Translations under genes and position numbers: made by a program
Notes under the pieces: model-generated
The model's database searches: none
The model's input: the letters and a program-made list of their open reading frames with translations, nothing else
Told to the model about the DNA's origin: nothing
Origin: an uncultured virus (IMG/VR IMGVR_UViG_3300005095_000031)
Lineage: Duplodnaviria > Heunggongvirae > Uroviricota > Caudoviricetes
IMG/VR virus record: IMGVR_UViG_3300005095_000031
Direction: 5' to 3' (one strand)
Length of the DNA: 64,000 bases
Shown here: positions 38,497 to 47,856 of the stretch, one piece after another
How positions within the stretch are numbered: the first letter of the stretch is position 1
Layout of the letters: each line of letters begins with the position of its first letter

Positions 38497-38970
38497 TCAA
38501 ATACATATTTCTTCACGGACCCTTCGTCCTTCTGGCCTCCATGATCTCCTTGCGTATTCGAGCCCATCATTGTGAGCGAACCTCAAAGAATACAACCCGC
38601 CTCCTTTATCAGAAGCCTCCCTGATCAAGTTTCGATTCCTGACAAATGCCATTACTGGAAGCTGGAATCCAGCACGCACCATAGCCAAAAATAACATCTG
38701 AGAGCTGCTATCAAGACTCAAAAGCTGTTCTATTTCATAGATAGAAAAATCAACCCTATCGTAAAATAGATGAGACACGTCTTCGTCATTGAATCTCACG
38801 CTATACCTTCCAGGAGTACTGGGTGTCTTGTACTTCCGGATAAGCTCCATATTTCTCTTGTTGACCTCTAGCTCGCTTGGATAGACCACTGAGAGCTCGG
38901 TGCTTGGAGCCCCTGGTAGATCAACATGTACGCTGTAGTGCATAAACACATCAATGCCTTGCCTGCTCAT
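38497..38970 (-). CDS. Hypothetical protein
   Basis: 157 aa, overlap-coupled. Confidence 0.6.
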   Translation of the reverse strand: MSRQGIDVFMHYSVHVDLPGAPSTELSVVYPSELEVNKRNMELIRKYKTPSTPGRYSVRFNDEDVSHLFYDRVDFSIYEIEQLLSLDSSSQMLFLAMVRAGFQLPVMAFVRNRNLIREASDKGGGLYSLRFAHNDGLEYARRSWRPEGRRVREEICI

Positions 38971-39172
38971 AGATATCCTTTCTTACTGCAGAAATAATAT
39001 CTATAACAGCCTCCTCCAGTCTTTCCGCCATCAGTATTGCCTCTTGAATATTGAGTTCTCTCTTTCCGAACTTCACTCTACCAAACCCTACTCTTGCGAT
39101 ATCTCCAAGACCTGCGACGCTAAGCAGGCTGTAGATTTCATCAGCAGGGCTCTCTTTTTCTACATAATGCAT
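38951..39172 (-). CDS. Hypothetical protein, paralog of the C-terminal half of 44635..45057
   Basis: AGLGDIARVGFG..KFGKR shared. Confidence 0.7.
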   Translation of the reverse strand: MHYVEKESPADEIYSLLSVAGLGDIARVGFGRVKFGKRELNIQEAILMAERLEEAVIDIISAVRKDIYEQARH

Positions 39173-39293
39173 ACATCACCTCCAAAGCGCTTTGAATACA
39201 ATTGCCGCTACAGATACCTCGATAAAGGCAGTAAGTGCGGCAGCCAAAATGCTTACGTCATATCCATTCACGATTACATCCATTTTTTCCTCC

Positions 39294-39512
39294 TCAATCA
39301 ATTTTAATGGCATGCTTTGCCATATCGTTTACACTGCGAATCGGTCCATCCACATAGGATATCCGGATCATTTCGCCTTTTGTGCCATCAGGGAGAGTGG
39401 TATTATCAAAAACTTCTGTGACAATACCAACTTTCCCAACATATGCCTTTCCCTGGTAATGCTTTGGCGATTTGATGAACTTCGCCCTATCTCCAATAGC
39501 AAAACGTGCCAT
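39294..39512 (-). CDS. Small beta-rich (SH3/KOW-like) protein
   Basis: FAIGDRAKF...GKVGIVTEV. Confidence 0.55.
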   Translation of the reverse strand: MARFAIGDRAKFIKSPKHYQGKAYVGKVGIVTEVFDNTTLPDGTKGEMIRISYVDGPIRSVNDMAKHAIKID

Positions 39513-39515
39513 CCC

Positions 39516-39791
39516 TTACTCCTCTTGCCTTTTCTTGATAAATCTATCAAAAACCGGATCATTGACATCTATTGCAATATAATCTATGTCATCATAGAAA
39601 GATACTATAAAGACAATATTGATCCGATCACCCTCCACATCGATAAAAGCATCATAGTTATAATCAGTTCCGTACTTTCTACATGAATTCTCATTTATTG
39701 CTTTTAGGATATCATCTCTAGGATTGGTGCAGTCAAGTTCACGATTCAACCCTTTTAAAATCCCAATCGCTTCTTCACATGTTCTTACCAT
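39516..39791 (-). CDS. Hypothetical protein
   Basis: 91 aa. Confidence 0.55.
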   Translation of the reverse strand: MVRTCEEAIGILKGLNRELDCTNPRDDILKAINENSCRKYGTDYNYDAFIDVEGDRINIVFIVSFYDDIDYIAIDVNDPVFDRFIKKRQEE

Positions 39792-40150
39792 ACCAATCTC
39801 CCTTTCCTTTTCCCGAATTTATTTACAGCCTTATGATCCATATACATATACAGATCAACCCTGCGATGCCATCGCTTATTCATTTTGTCGAGCACAATGA
39901 CGTTGTACGTCTTTCCTCCAACAATAAGCTTTGCTTTGGTGCCACGCTTAAGGCCTCTCTTAAGAAGGTCACGTGATACAGCAATCGCCCTATATTTGTG
40001 ATGAGGCTTGAGTTTGTCTCCCCACGCAGCGACAAAAGGAGACGAATCAGTTTGACCCCTTGTGCTTGAATATGCCGTTACCGTAACATTGACAACCCTT
40101 GCTTGAGCAAGGACCGCTACCAACATTACAGGTATAATTGTTTTTGTCAT
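39785..40150 (-). CDS. Secreted 3D-domain protein (peptidoglycan-associated)
   Basis: Signal peptide MTKTIIPVMLVAVLAQA; TAYSS...QTD..PF, IAVSRDLL, VLDKM...RVDLY. Confidence 0.8.
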   Translation of the reverse strand: MTKTIIPVMLVAVLAQARVVNVTVTAYSSTRGQTDSSPFVAAWGDKLKPHHKYRAIAVSRDLLKRGLKRGTKAKLIVGGKTYNVIVLDKMNKRWHRRVDLYMYMDHKAVNKFGKRKGRLVW

Positions 40151-40185
40151 TTTGTTCCTTTCCTGCCTAATCTTTTTGCGATAAA

Positions 40186-40437
40186 TCAATCATCTATAAA
40201 TCCAGAAATCATATCTTTCGTTATTAGAAAATCTCTAGTTTGAGTTGTCCACACATAAGCATCTTCCAAGAAGCTATGCTCCCTAACATCTATAATTCTA
40301 TCAGTAGGCATTAGCTTCTCCATAATTTCTGTAAAATGCCTACTGACAGGTATATACTTAAGCCCGTCAGGGCTCTCCTTTTCCCCATATTCCCTAAGCA
40401 TGTCGTTCCACATTCGTATTTTTACTTTCATGATCAA
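40186..40437 (-). CDS. Hypothetical protein, paralog of the N-terminal half of 44635..45057
   Basis: MK.KI..W..M..EYG...FT...EK..P.DR shared. Confidence 0.65.
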   Translation of the reverse strand: MIMKVKIRMWNDMLREYGEKESPDGLKYIPVSRHFTEIMEKLMPTDRIIDVREHSFLEDAYVWTTQTRDFLITKDMISGFIDD

Positions 40438-40661
40438 TCCTCCTCGTTAAAGCAATCATATGCATTGCTAAATGCTGCCATGAACGCCAAAATCATAAAC
40501 AAAATTATTGTCACCACCCACTGTGGAGCCCACCATACATTTTGTACGCCAGGCTCACAACATGCGAGAACCCTAACTCCAAGGACATGCGGCACAATGG
40601 CCCCAATCCAAAAAATCACAAGTGCTGTTACAAACAGCGCAAAAGCCTTAACGCATTTCAT
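40434..40661 (-). CDS. Two-TM membrane protein
   Basis: Two hydrophobic stretches. Confidence 0.6.
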   Translation of the reverse strand: MKCVKAFALFVTALVIFWIGAIVPHVLGVRVLACCEPGVQNVWWAPQWVVTIILFMILAFMAAFSNAYDCFNEED

Positions 40662-40836
40662 CTACCACCCCTTTCGTGCTTTTGATTTACCAAAGCCAGC
40701 ATTACGAAATCTTGTTTCATTGTACTAGCTGTCATTTGTGCCTCCTTGTGTTTTTTTTGACAGTATTTTGAAGTACGCAAAAAATAAGCTGTTAGCCTTC
40801 AAAGATAGTTACCACTAAAAAAAAGAAAAGTTCGCT

Positions 40837-41082
40837 CTACACTAAAAACAGTCTTCCTTCGTTCATCGCATCAAAAAAACCGAATATCTCCCCATCCATA
40901 ATGCATTCAAATGTGCACTTTTCAGCTACTCCAGAGAATAAGCTCTTGACAATGAACTCGCCACTCTTTTTGCTTGGAGATATCTTGTACTTGTCAATAT
41001 CGCCAAGCTTTGTCTTTATTGCGACAACGGCTCCTTGCCGTATCGCATCGAAGAATTCGTCCTCGTCACGAATTGCCTTCAT
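40837..41082 (-). CDS. Hypothetical protein
   Basis: ATGA overlap. Confidence 0.55.
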   Translation of the reverse strand: MKAIRDEDEFFDAIRQGAVVAIKTKLGDIDKYKISPSKKSGEFIVKSLFSGVAEKCTFECIMDGEIFGFFDAMNEGRLFLV

Positions 41083-41360
41083 GATGGAATTTTTTCCACA
41101 ACAACATGATACTTTTCGCCTGCAACTCTCACGATATGCATAGAAGATAGTGAAATTGTGAATTCCACTCCAGATTGGCTTCTATCTTGTGTAATGCTTG
41201 TAATCTTTGCATTATCCGGAATGTCTTTATACGTAGGATCTCCCAGCGTACTTGCATCATGGAAATCGTCACCAAGAATGTATCTTGCTCCATCGACTAT
41301 TACAGCCTTAACCACATATCTTGTCATTTCTACACCTCCTTTGCGATAATGTATGGGCAA
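41079..41360 (-). CDS. Hypothetical protein (likely start at internal MTRY)
   Basis: AGGAGG RBS before the internal Met. Confidence 0.55.
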   Translation of the reverse strand: MPIHYRKGGVEMTRYVVKAVIVDGARYILGDDFHDASTLGDPTYKDIPDNAKITSITQDRSQSGVEFTISLSSMHIVRVAGEKYHVVVEKIPS

Positions 41361-41569
41361 TTATCTGAATGTTCGATAATTCCCAGAATATACTCATCGT
41401 CCACATTTGGATCGTGAATATCATCCCCATCTATATTTCCGCCGCACATTGAGCACTCATATGAAATAAATTCACCACAATCATGCTCTCTGAACTCAAT
41501 ATGGACCGATTCAAGAACAGCCTCTACAAGCATATTGCACTTGCTTATGTCATTATGAAGCTCGTCCAT
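41330..41569 (-). CDS. CxxC...HxxxC zinc-binding family protein
   Basis: CSMC...EHSDNCP. Confidence 0.6.
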   Translation of the reverse strand: MDELHNDISKCNMLVEAVLESVHIEFREHDCGEFISYECSMCGGNIDGDDIHDPNVDDEYILGIIEHSDNCPYIIAKEV

Positions 41570-41805
41570 TCTTGTCCTCTCCAGTCGTACTCGATTGCCT
41601 CTGCGAGATTTCTGGTGTAAACCAGAACCGTTTTGCTTTCATCAACGCATATATATCCTCCAGGAATTGTGTCATAAAGAAACACGGTTCCATCTTTTGC
41701 TTTTTCTGAGTTTGAAAAACTCAATCTATAGGGAATTTCGCTGTATCTGTTCATCATGTCTCCTTTTAGTCTGTTATGATTATCTTTTTGCCGCACACAG
41801 TACAT
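41545..41805 (-). CDS. Hypothetical protein (likely start at internal MMNR)
   Basis: AAGGAG RBS before the internal Met. Confidence 0.5.
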   Translation of the reverse strand: MYCVRQKDNHNRLKGDMMNRYSEIPYRLSFSNSEKAKDGTVFLYDTIPGGYICVDESKTVLVYTRNLAEAIEYDWRGQEWTSFIMT

Positions 41806-41948
41806 TTTCTGTATCTGTATACAACCGCTTTTTTGCCAAGCTTTTTAAGCGCCTCCTTGTTGTTCTCTACAGATTCGGAATATCTATACTTCGAAGGACT
41901 ATGAATTCCGAACGTACAAAACAATGCCCTTCTTATAGCATTTATCAT
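41766..41948 (-). CDS. Small Cys/His protein
   Basis: FCTFGIH...CTVCGK. Confidence 0.55.
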   Translation of the reverse strand: MINAIRRALFCTFGIHSPSKYRYSESVENNKEALKKLGKKAVVYRYRKCTVCGKKIIITD

Positions 41949-42283
41949 TACACCATCTTCTCCTCTGTTATTGTTTTACCTGGAACCCATCTTGTTTCCT
42001 TGAAATCATGGGTTATCGCCAATGGGAAATCATCAATCCAGATATCTATATCTGCGATATCCATTTTTGCCTTTGTTCCACAAAAGATAATACCATCAAC
42101 AAGAGGCTCAAATTCCTTCGATACATCACAATGGTATCCGTGATGCCTCGCCGTAACTATATACACCTCATGACCATAACCTCTGATTATTGAAATGAGC
42201 TCTTTGAATAACTCAGGATCTTTCGTGATGGTATCATCAAGGTCGATCCCGAAAATTATTCTTTTAAAATTTCCACTGTACAT
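41948..42283 (-). CDS. Minimal HAD-superfamily hydrolase
   Basis: GIDLDDTI (motif I), IVTAR (motif II), K, WIDD (motif IV). Confidence 0.8.
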   Translation of the reverse strand: MYSGNFKRIIFGIDLDDTITKDPELFKELISIIRGYGHEVYIVTARHHGYHCDVSKEFEPLVDGIIFCGTKAKMDIADIDIWIDDFPLAITHDFKETRWVPGKTITEEKMV

Positions 42284-42293
42284 GTAAAGCCTT

Positions 42294-42968
42294 TTAGTCT
42301 ATATACTCAGCAAACCTTTTTGCTGAAATATACGCATCGTGCATATCTTTTATATCTTCCCTTCCATGCCTGTTAAAAGGAACCATACCAGGATTTTCTT
42401 CAATATCCGAAATGTCTTCTTCGAAAATCTTGTCACCGACACCAAAACATGCCATTGCCCTATGCGACCATCCACACCATTTCCTTTCTTTTCTATCGAA
42501 CCCCATATTCACAACACGGCCATTTGTTGAATCAAATTGTGAAAACCTCAAAAGATTCATCTTATGAACATCTTCAGGCGTTCCTACAAAAAGCCAATCG
42601 TTTAGGTTGTCACACTCGCACTCTTTCGGAGTAAGCACAACAAATCCATAAGGCCTATCCTTTGGATACGGAGAAAGAATATGATATCTATCTCCAACAG
42701 AAAGCATATCATCATCTATATCATAAAATTCCCTGAAGACACTAAGTTTTCTATGACTGTCTATTTCCGCAAGAAACTCTTTTTTGTACGGCTCTTTCGG
42801 ATTATTAAGCTTGCACTTTATTCCGAAGTGTACACCTGGGATATAGTCATACAGCTTTGATGAATAACATGGAAATCTTTTGCTATACAAAATTTTGTAT
42901 AGCCCATTCTCCCATTGATGCTTCAAGCCTACATATGGATAATAAATACCATCATATATAAATTTCAT
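42294..42968 (-). CDS. Hypothetical phage protein
   Basis: GF....KWCGWSHRA...FGVGD; paralog of 34238..34777. Confidence 0.65.
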   Translation of the reverse strand: MKFIYDGIYYPYVGLKHQWENGLYKILYSKRFPCYSSKLYDYIPGVHFGIKCKLNNPKEPYKKEFLAEIDSHRKLSVFREFYDIDDDMLSVGDRYHILSPYPKDRPYGFVVLTPKECECDNLNDWLFVGTPEDVHKMNLLRFSQFDSTNGRVVNMGFDRKERKWCGWSHRAMACFGVGDKIFEEDISDIEENPGMVPFNRHGREDIKDMHDAYISAKRFAEYID

Positions 42969-43004
42969 TTATTTTTCCTTTGTTGTCTCCTGTGCTGACT
43001 ATGG

Positions 43005-43673
43005 CTATGAACGCATTTCTGCAAAAAGCCTATTTAATGAGTAGCCATCTACCCATTTTATATTTTCGTATTTTTCAAGCTCTTCAATATCAACCTCTCT
43101 GAACCTAGAAATCAAATCAGATCTAACATCGACATACCATCTTTCATCGGGGAAGGATGTTAATTGTCTCCCATCTTCCAGTAGCGCAATATCCGATAAT
43201 GCTATTTCGCCTTTTTCGAATTTGACAACTTTCGCAATAACGATTTCATCTCTCTCGGATCCATCTTCGTAGATAACGAATTTGTTCGTTTTAAACATCA
43301 CAAATGGATCATACTTGTCACTTTCTACTGCCCATAACCACACGCAGTCTTCGAAATGCTCTATATTTGGCATTATTTCATTGTTTTTAATTTTATAGTC
43401 CTCTATTTCTGACTTACAAAAGGGGCACATATACAGATCAGGACCACAACTTACTGGTATGTGTATAGCTTCAGAATACTCAAGTATTGATTTTTTCAAT
43501 AGATCGAGCTGTGTTGTATAATTTAATCGACTTATGCTCACTTTTATACTCCTTTGAATGTTATTTTTGCTTTCACTTGTGATATATTTTAACCTCTCTG
43601 CATGAGTGCGACAAGGGTCGATATCACGTGTCAGATTGCTTAGGGTGATGATGCGGTTATACGTTTTCGCCAC
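43005..43673 (-). CDS. Protein containing CPFC...HxxxCxW module
   Basis: Module shared with 44066..44296. Confidence 0.65.
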   Translation of the reverse strand: MAKTYNRIITLSNLTRDIDPCRTHAERLKYITSESKNNIQRSIKVSISRLNYTTQLDLLKKSILEYSEAIHIPVSCGPDLYMCPFCKSEIEDYKIKNNEIMPNIEHFEDCVWLWAVESDKYDPFVMFKTNKFVIYEDGSERDEIVIAKVVKFEKGEIALSDIALLEDGRQLTSFPDERWYVDVRSDLISRFREVDIEELEKYENIKWVDGYSLNRLFAEMRS

Positions 43674-44079
43674 TTAATAGTTCCGGATTTTCGTAGATGT
43701 TTCCGACAACTTCCACGAGAGCCATGTCCTCATCAGTGCACACAAAGCCACCGTGCTGGTGGTTGTAATTTGGTTTCAACCTAAATGCTCCATTTTTGTA
43801 AATCACTCTATATGATTCTCCAGAATTGATACCGAATGTATCCCGGTCATCCGGTATCATGATGATATCACCATCAAAAATCTCATCATTATTTTTGTCA
43901 TTGGATCCTATTGATTGCATCAGCACAGCATCTTGAAAACTAATCTCTGAGTATCGTGCCTTTTTGTCCTTCTCGTGCCATCTAACAGTAACTGTTCTTA
44001 GATCATAGTCAATTTGTGAGATATCACGGTATAGCACTTTATTTTTCTTGTCAAATACCCTAAGTTTACATCTTGTCAT
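43657..44079 (-). CDS. YopX-family protein
   Basis: KLRVFDK, LMQSIG..DKN..EIFDGDII, VEVVGNIYENPELL. Confidence 0.9.
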   Translation of the reverse strand: MTRCKLRVFDKKNKVLYRDISQIDYDLRTVTVRWHEKDKKARYSEISFQDAVLMQSIGSNDKNNDEIFDGDIIMIPDDRDTFGINSGESYRVIYKNGAFRLKPNYNHQHGGFVCTDEDMALVEVVGNIYENPELLSGENV

Positions 44080-44296
44080 TTTTTATCCTTTCTACTGCCC
44101 ACAGCCACGGACAATCATCGTGATGCTTTATCCTCTCCATTATTTTATTTCCATCTTTGACTTTCCAGGCTTCTATTTCTGCTCTACAGAAAGGGCACAT
44201 AAGCAGATCAGGGCCACAAGTATTTGGAATATATATAGGTTCACTATATCCCAATATTGATCTTTTCCCGGCTTCAAGTTGTTCTTCGCAATTCAT
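44066..44296 (-). CDS. CPFC...HxxxCxW zinc-binding family protein
   Basis: CGPDLLMCPFC...HHDDCPWLWAVE. Confidence 0.7.
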   Translation of the reverse strand: MNCEEQLEAGKRSILGYSEPIYIPNTCGPDLLMCPFCRAEIEAWKVKDGNKIMERIKHHDDCPWLWAVERIKNDKM

Positions 44297-44332
44297 TTTT
44301 ATTATCCTTTGAATTTGTAATTTTCTTTATTT

Positions 44333-44638
44333 TTATTTTCCGCATCCCATCACTTCCTTTTCACTTGGTGTTTTTTTATATTCCCACCATTCCTCTCCGT
44401 CATATTCACTTCGTTCCAGCCATGTTCCATCTTTAAACACCACATAACCAAAAAGTTTTTGTTCTCCATATCCATTATCATATGTAATGTTTAAATCTTT
44501 TATCGGCATATCATGTGTCCATATCATCATTGAATCGTCATTTGAGCTTTGCTCTATGCAAATTTTTGCATAAGCTATGTAATCAAAGCTTTTCTCAATT
44601 TCTTCGAACTTGTTTTTTAGTTCAGTTAATGCATTCAT
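44333..44638 (-). CDS. Conserved phage hypothetical protein
   Basis: YDNGYG.Q.LFG.VVFKDGTWLER.EYDG.EWW. Confidence 0.75.
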   Translation of the reverse strand: MNALTELKNKFEEIEKSFDYIAYAKICIEQSSNDDSMMIWTHDMPIKDLNITYDNGYGEQKLFGYVVFKDGTWLERSEYDGEEWWEYKKTPSEKEVMGCGK

Positions 44639-45057
44639 TGTGTATTCTCCTCATCTTTTCGTATTGCGGATAATAAATCCATCATTGCTTCTGATAGCCT
44701 CTCTGCCATAAAAATAGCTTCTTTTTTAGTTAGGATTCTTTTTCCGAACTTTATCTTTCCAAACCCTACTCTTGCAATATCTCCAAGTCCGGCTTCTGCT
44801 AGCAGATCATATATTTCATTTTCATGATCTTCGTATATGATTTCCTCAATCACTTCACGGCTTACTGGAAAAGTAAATCCTGGTATCTTTGCCAAAACAA
44901 AACCATTCTTATCAATTTTGTCTATTTCGACAACCCTATCTTTTGGTATGTATTTCTCTATATCTTTTGTAAAGCCATATGGCACATCAATATAGCCGAT
45001 GTCCGTTAAACCATATTCTTCCTCCATCTTGCTCCATGTTTTGATTTTCGCTTTCAT
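44635..45057 (-). CDS. Two-module fusion protein
   Basis: Halves match 40186..40437 and 38951..39172. Confidence 0.7.
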   Translation of the reverse strand: MKAKIKTWSKMEEEYGLTDIGYIDVPYGFTKDIEKYIPKDRVVEIDKIDKNGFVLAKIPGFTFPVSREVIEEIIYEDHENEIYDLLAEAGLGDIARVGFGKIKFGKRILTKKEAIFMAERLSEAMMDLLSAIRKDEENTQ

Positions 45058-45285
45058 TTTAATTCACTTCCTCCAGCTTTACAATAGCAGTATGTTCGAT
45101 TATTTACATTCTTTCACTTTCTTTAGTAGCTTCTCAAGTTTTACTTTCCTTCCTACTTTTATACCGCTGAAATCTGCGGCAGAAGAAAGATCCTGCTCTA
45201 TTCGCTTAATAGATTCCGCTAAAGCGCAAACTAGCATTTCATGTTCATGTTTATTCACTACAAGTTTCATTGATGTATCCTTTCT

Positions 45286-45396
45286 TCATGCATCAGAACA
45301 AAACTGAAGATCATACTTATCACTTCCAATTGCCCATAACCACACGCAACTTTTATGATGTTCTATGCTTTGCATTATAGTTTCATCGCTAGTCAT
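45286..45396 (-). pseudogene. Truncated copy of the HxxxCxWLWA module
   Basis: MTSDETIMQSIEHHKSCVWLWAIGSDKYD matches part of 43005..43673 but lacks the CPFC half. Confidence 0.55.
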
Positions 45397-45637
45397 AGCA
45401 AACTGTCAGATCAGTATTCATTTATCACCATCCTCTACTTCTAATACTTCTTCAATTGTGCTAACAACATCTTCGAGTACGCAATCAAGCATACTGCAAA
45501 TTTTAGAGTTGCACCTCATATCAGCAACCAACTCCCTCTGAATCTTCGCCTTGGTAACAAGCTCAATTAGCTTATCTCTAGCCTTTGTCTTCATTTCGAT
45601 ACCTTCTTGTTTTTACACAACACTCGCTAATGTTTAA

Positions 45638-46027
45638 TCACCACCATGCCATGAATTCATAATGAATCTTAGACTTATCTTCCACGGAATCGTAAAAGCG
45701 CAACTCCTTTTCGAGACTGTCTTTTATATAGCCTAGAGTCTCCCAAACATAATCGTCACATCCCAATACTGAAACTGGATACTCGTCAAAAATAGGAAAA
45801 TTTCTACTGATAGCTTTATCTGTGCCTTGCCTCTGTGTAATGCTTATAGTATTGATTAGCCTATCAATAACAGACACATCAAGCTCAATAGTTTCGCAAT
45901 TCCCAATTTCGCAAATGTTATCTTCGAGCCACTGCAATATTCTAAATTCTTTTCTTAGATAAAGAATTTCGTTTCTGTATTCCTCCTCTCCATCCGTCAC
46001 CCTATAGAAATACATATCTAAACCCAT
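45638..46027 (-). CDS. Conserved phage hypothetical protein
   Basis: MGLDMY...YLRK...W...NC pattern, ends YEFMAWW; GGAGG RBS. Confidence 0.75.
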   Translation of the reverse strand: MGLDMYFYRVTDGEEEYRNEILYLRKEFRILQWLEDNICEIGNCETIELDVSVIDRLINTISITQRQGTDKAISRNFPIFDEYPVSVLGCDDYVWETLGYIKDSLEKELRFYDSVEDKSKIHYEFMAWW

Positions 46028-46040
46028 ATTTTATTACCTC

Positions 46041-46331
46041 CTAGCAATAGGCTTTTGTAGAAAAAACAACCTCCTTCTTTGGAGTTTTCCGATATGCCCA
46101 AAAGCTAGTAGAGATACCCCTCTCAAGCCATGACCCGTCTTTAAACACAACGACACCAGAGATGTTTTCCTTCATATTTATGCCATCCATAGACTGCATA
46201 TCCTCTCCACTTCTCCATACCTCTGTAGTAGTTCCACCGCTCCTGACGCATATCCTGCCATAATCGATATCATCAATTGTTTTGCCTGATGCCCTTATCG
46301 CTGATGTCAGCTCCTTCTTTAGTGAAATCAT
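46041..46331 (-). CDS. Paralog of 44333..44638
   Basis: VVFKDGSWLER...W.Y.KTP..EV. Confidence 0.7.
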   Translation of the reverse strand: MISLKKELTSAIRASGKTIDDIDYGRICVRSGGTTTEVWRSGEDMQSMDGINMKENISGVVVFKDGSWLERGISTSFWAYRKTPKKEVVFSTKAYC

Positions 46332-46591
46332 TTTGCACTCCCAAGCTTGTTAATTGCACTATGTATAGCATATTTGGCATCCCTGATTTTATCAGTGAGC
46401 TCATTGTAGGCAAGCCCTCTTTCATCAACATAAATAGAAAAGTCAACTCCGCCATCTTTTCTGTACCCAAGCACAGATATTCCTGTGCCGTCAAGAAAAT
46501 CATCAAGCTTATCGATGGCGTTCTCTCCGATTTTGTCTACATATTTTTCGTCTACGACAAAAAACACTTCCATTCCATCAAAATCTACCAT
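46328..46591 (-). CDS. Hypothetical protein
   Basis: AAGGA RBS before ATG 46591, downstream of the promoter motif. Confidence 0.6.
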   Translation of the reverse strand: MVDFDGMEVFFVVDEKYVDKIGENAIDKLDDFLDGTGISVLGYRKDGGVDFSIYVDERGLAYNELTDKIRDAKYAIHSAINKLGSAK

Positions 46592-46683
46592 TGTAAATCC
46601 TTTGTAATTTTGCAAAAAATGCGCAAATATACGCAAACAGCATTTTGAAAATAGTAGACGACTCTGCAGTTGTCGTCTATTTG

Positions 46684-46692
46684 TATATACCA
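46684..46692 (-). promoter_or_regulatory. TGGTATATA promoter motif
   Basis: Exact motif. Confidence 0.65.
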
Positions 46693-46699
46693 TTTTATT

Positions 46700-46930
46700 T
46701 GGAGGTTTGAATCCCCCGCCTGCGGCGGAGGTAGTTCGAAAGGAGATTATGCTCACAGCATTCGTTCTGGAGGTGTGTGGGTTGCCGCCGGGTCCGTTCT
46801 ACTACGCCAGTTGCAGCAGGGCACTAAAATGGACCTCACTGATTATCTATTCATCAAAACCAATATTGAGCGGGCAAAACAAACTCAACCGTTCGGCACT
46901 TTTGTCCAGGTGTCCCAATATCCCTGGACG
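46700..46930 (-). ncRNA. Candidate structured non-coding RNA
   Basis: GC-rich intergenic stretch with several stems, preceded by TGATATACT (46936-46944). Confidence 0.5.
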
Positions 46931-47004
46931 ATTAAAGTATATCAAGAAAAAACTTACGTAAAAATTAAATGTAAAAAAAAGCGCCGATTTCTCAGCGCAT
47001 CAAA

Positions 47005-47232
47005 CTACGACAGCTTATAGAACTCATCAAGCCACGCCTTGAGCTCCGTTAGTCCGGGAACAAACTCCTCATATCTTTTTGCCATGAACCCATAGTATGA
47101 TATGATGAATCCATTCTCTATCGGTCTGATTTCTATCTTGCCATCATTGTCCGCATTTCTAGTTATATATTTTCCCCCTTTGTCCATCATCTCCTCCTGA
47201 GTTCGGAATACCCACGCAGAAGACGAAGGCAC
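47005..47232 (-). CDS. Hypothetical protein (likely start MMDK)
   Basis: AGGAGGAG RBS before the internal Met. Confidence 0.55.
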   Translation of the reverse strand: MPSSSAWVFRTQEEMMDKGGKYITRNADNDGKIEIRPIENGFIISYYGFMAKRYEEFVPGLTELKAWLDEFYKLS

Positions 47233-47639
47233 TCATTGTGAAACCTAGAGAGGTTATTCCACTCTTCGTTGAGCTCCTCCCTATTGAGGCTGTCTTCATA
47301 GATAAAGTCCATTCTCTCCTTTACCTTTCTGGTTAGTTCATTCACTGCACTCTCTATCGAAGACACTTGCTCTATTGCGGAGAAATCGATATATATATCG
47401 AAAAGCTCAGGAATCCCTGAGCGCCTCAGTCTTTCATCCATCTCGTAGACGTTTCCGCCATCGTAGCCAATCTGTGATTTCCTGCAGATAAGCTTTGCAC
47501 CGTCAGGCAGCTGCTCAAAGATTTCTTTTTCCATACTCTTCCCCTTAAATTGTAATTGATGTGGTAATGATGAGATTGTCGTTTTTCTTGCCTTCATCAA
47601 CCGACATACAAATATCTGCATCCGGATATTTAAAAGCAA
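47187..47639 (-). CDS. Hypothetical protein (likely start MEKE)
   Basis: AGGGGA RBS before the internal Met. Confidence 0.55.
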   Translation of the reverse strand: MLLNIRMQIFVCRLMKARKTTISSLPHQLQFKGKSMEKEIFEQLPDGAKLICRKSQIGYDGGNVYEMDERLRRSGIPELFDIYIDFSAIEQVSSIESAVNELTRKVKERMDFIYEDSLNREELNEEWNNLSRFHNECLRLLRGYSELRRR

Positions 47640-47856
47640 GCCTTACAATCTCATGCTCAACTTCCTCGATTGGCCTGTCAAGATCAAATACTGCTGTCAC
47701 TTCGTTTCTGCCGTATACCGGATTGACATGAAGGGCTTTTAGCGCAGCCTCTACCTTATCCGCAGAAAATGGCTTGGCTATTTTTATACCGTGCATCTTC
47801 TCGAACTCTTCTCTCGACAAAGAAAGCGGTATTTCTGTCTTAGTAGGCACCGTCAT
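47545..47856 (-). CDS. Hypothetical protein
   Basis: AGGAG RBS. Confidence 0.6.
   Translation of the reverse strand: MTVPTKTEIPLSLSREEFEKMHGIKIAKPFSADKVEAALKALHVNPVYGRNEVTAVFDLDRPIEEVEHEIVRLAFKYPDADICMSVDEGKKNDNLIITTSITI

Noticed and set aside
43300..45400. Diversity-generating retroelement template/variable repeat pair
   Set aside because: Differences between copies are not restricted to adenines and no reverse transcriptase is in the window
46701..46717. tRNA/tmRNA T-arm-like GGAGGTTTGAATCCCCC
   Set aside because: No acceptor stem, D-arm or CCA end in register, and the stem pairs better on the minus strand
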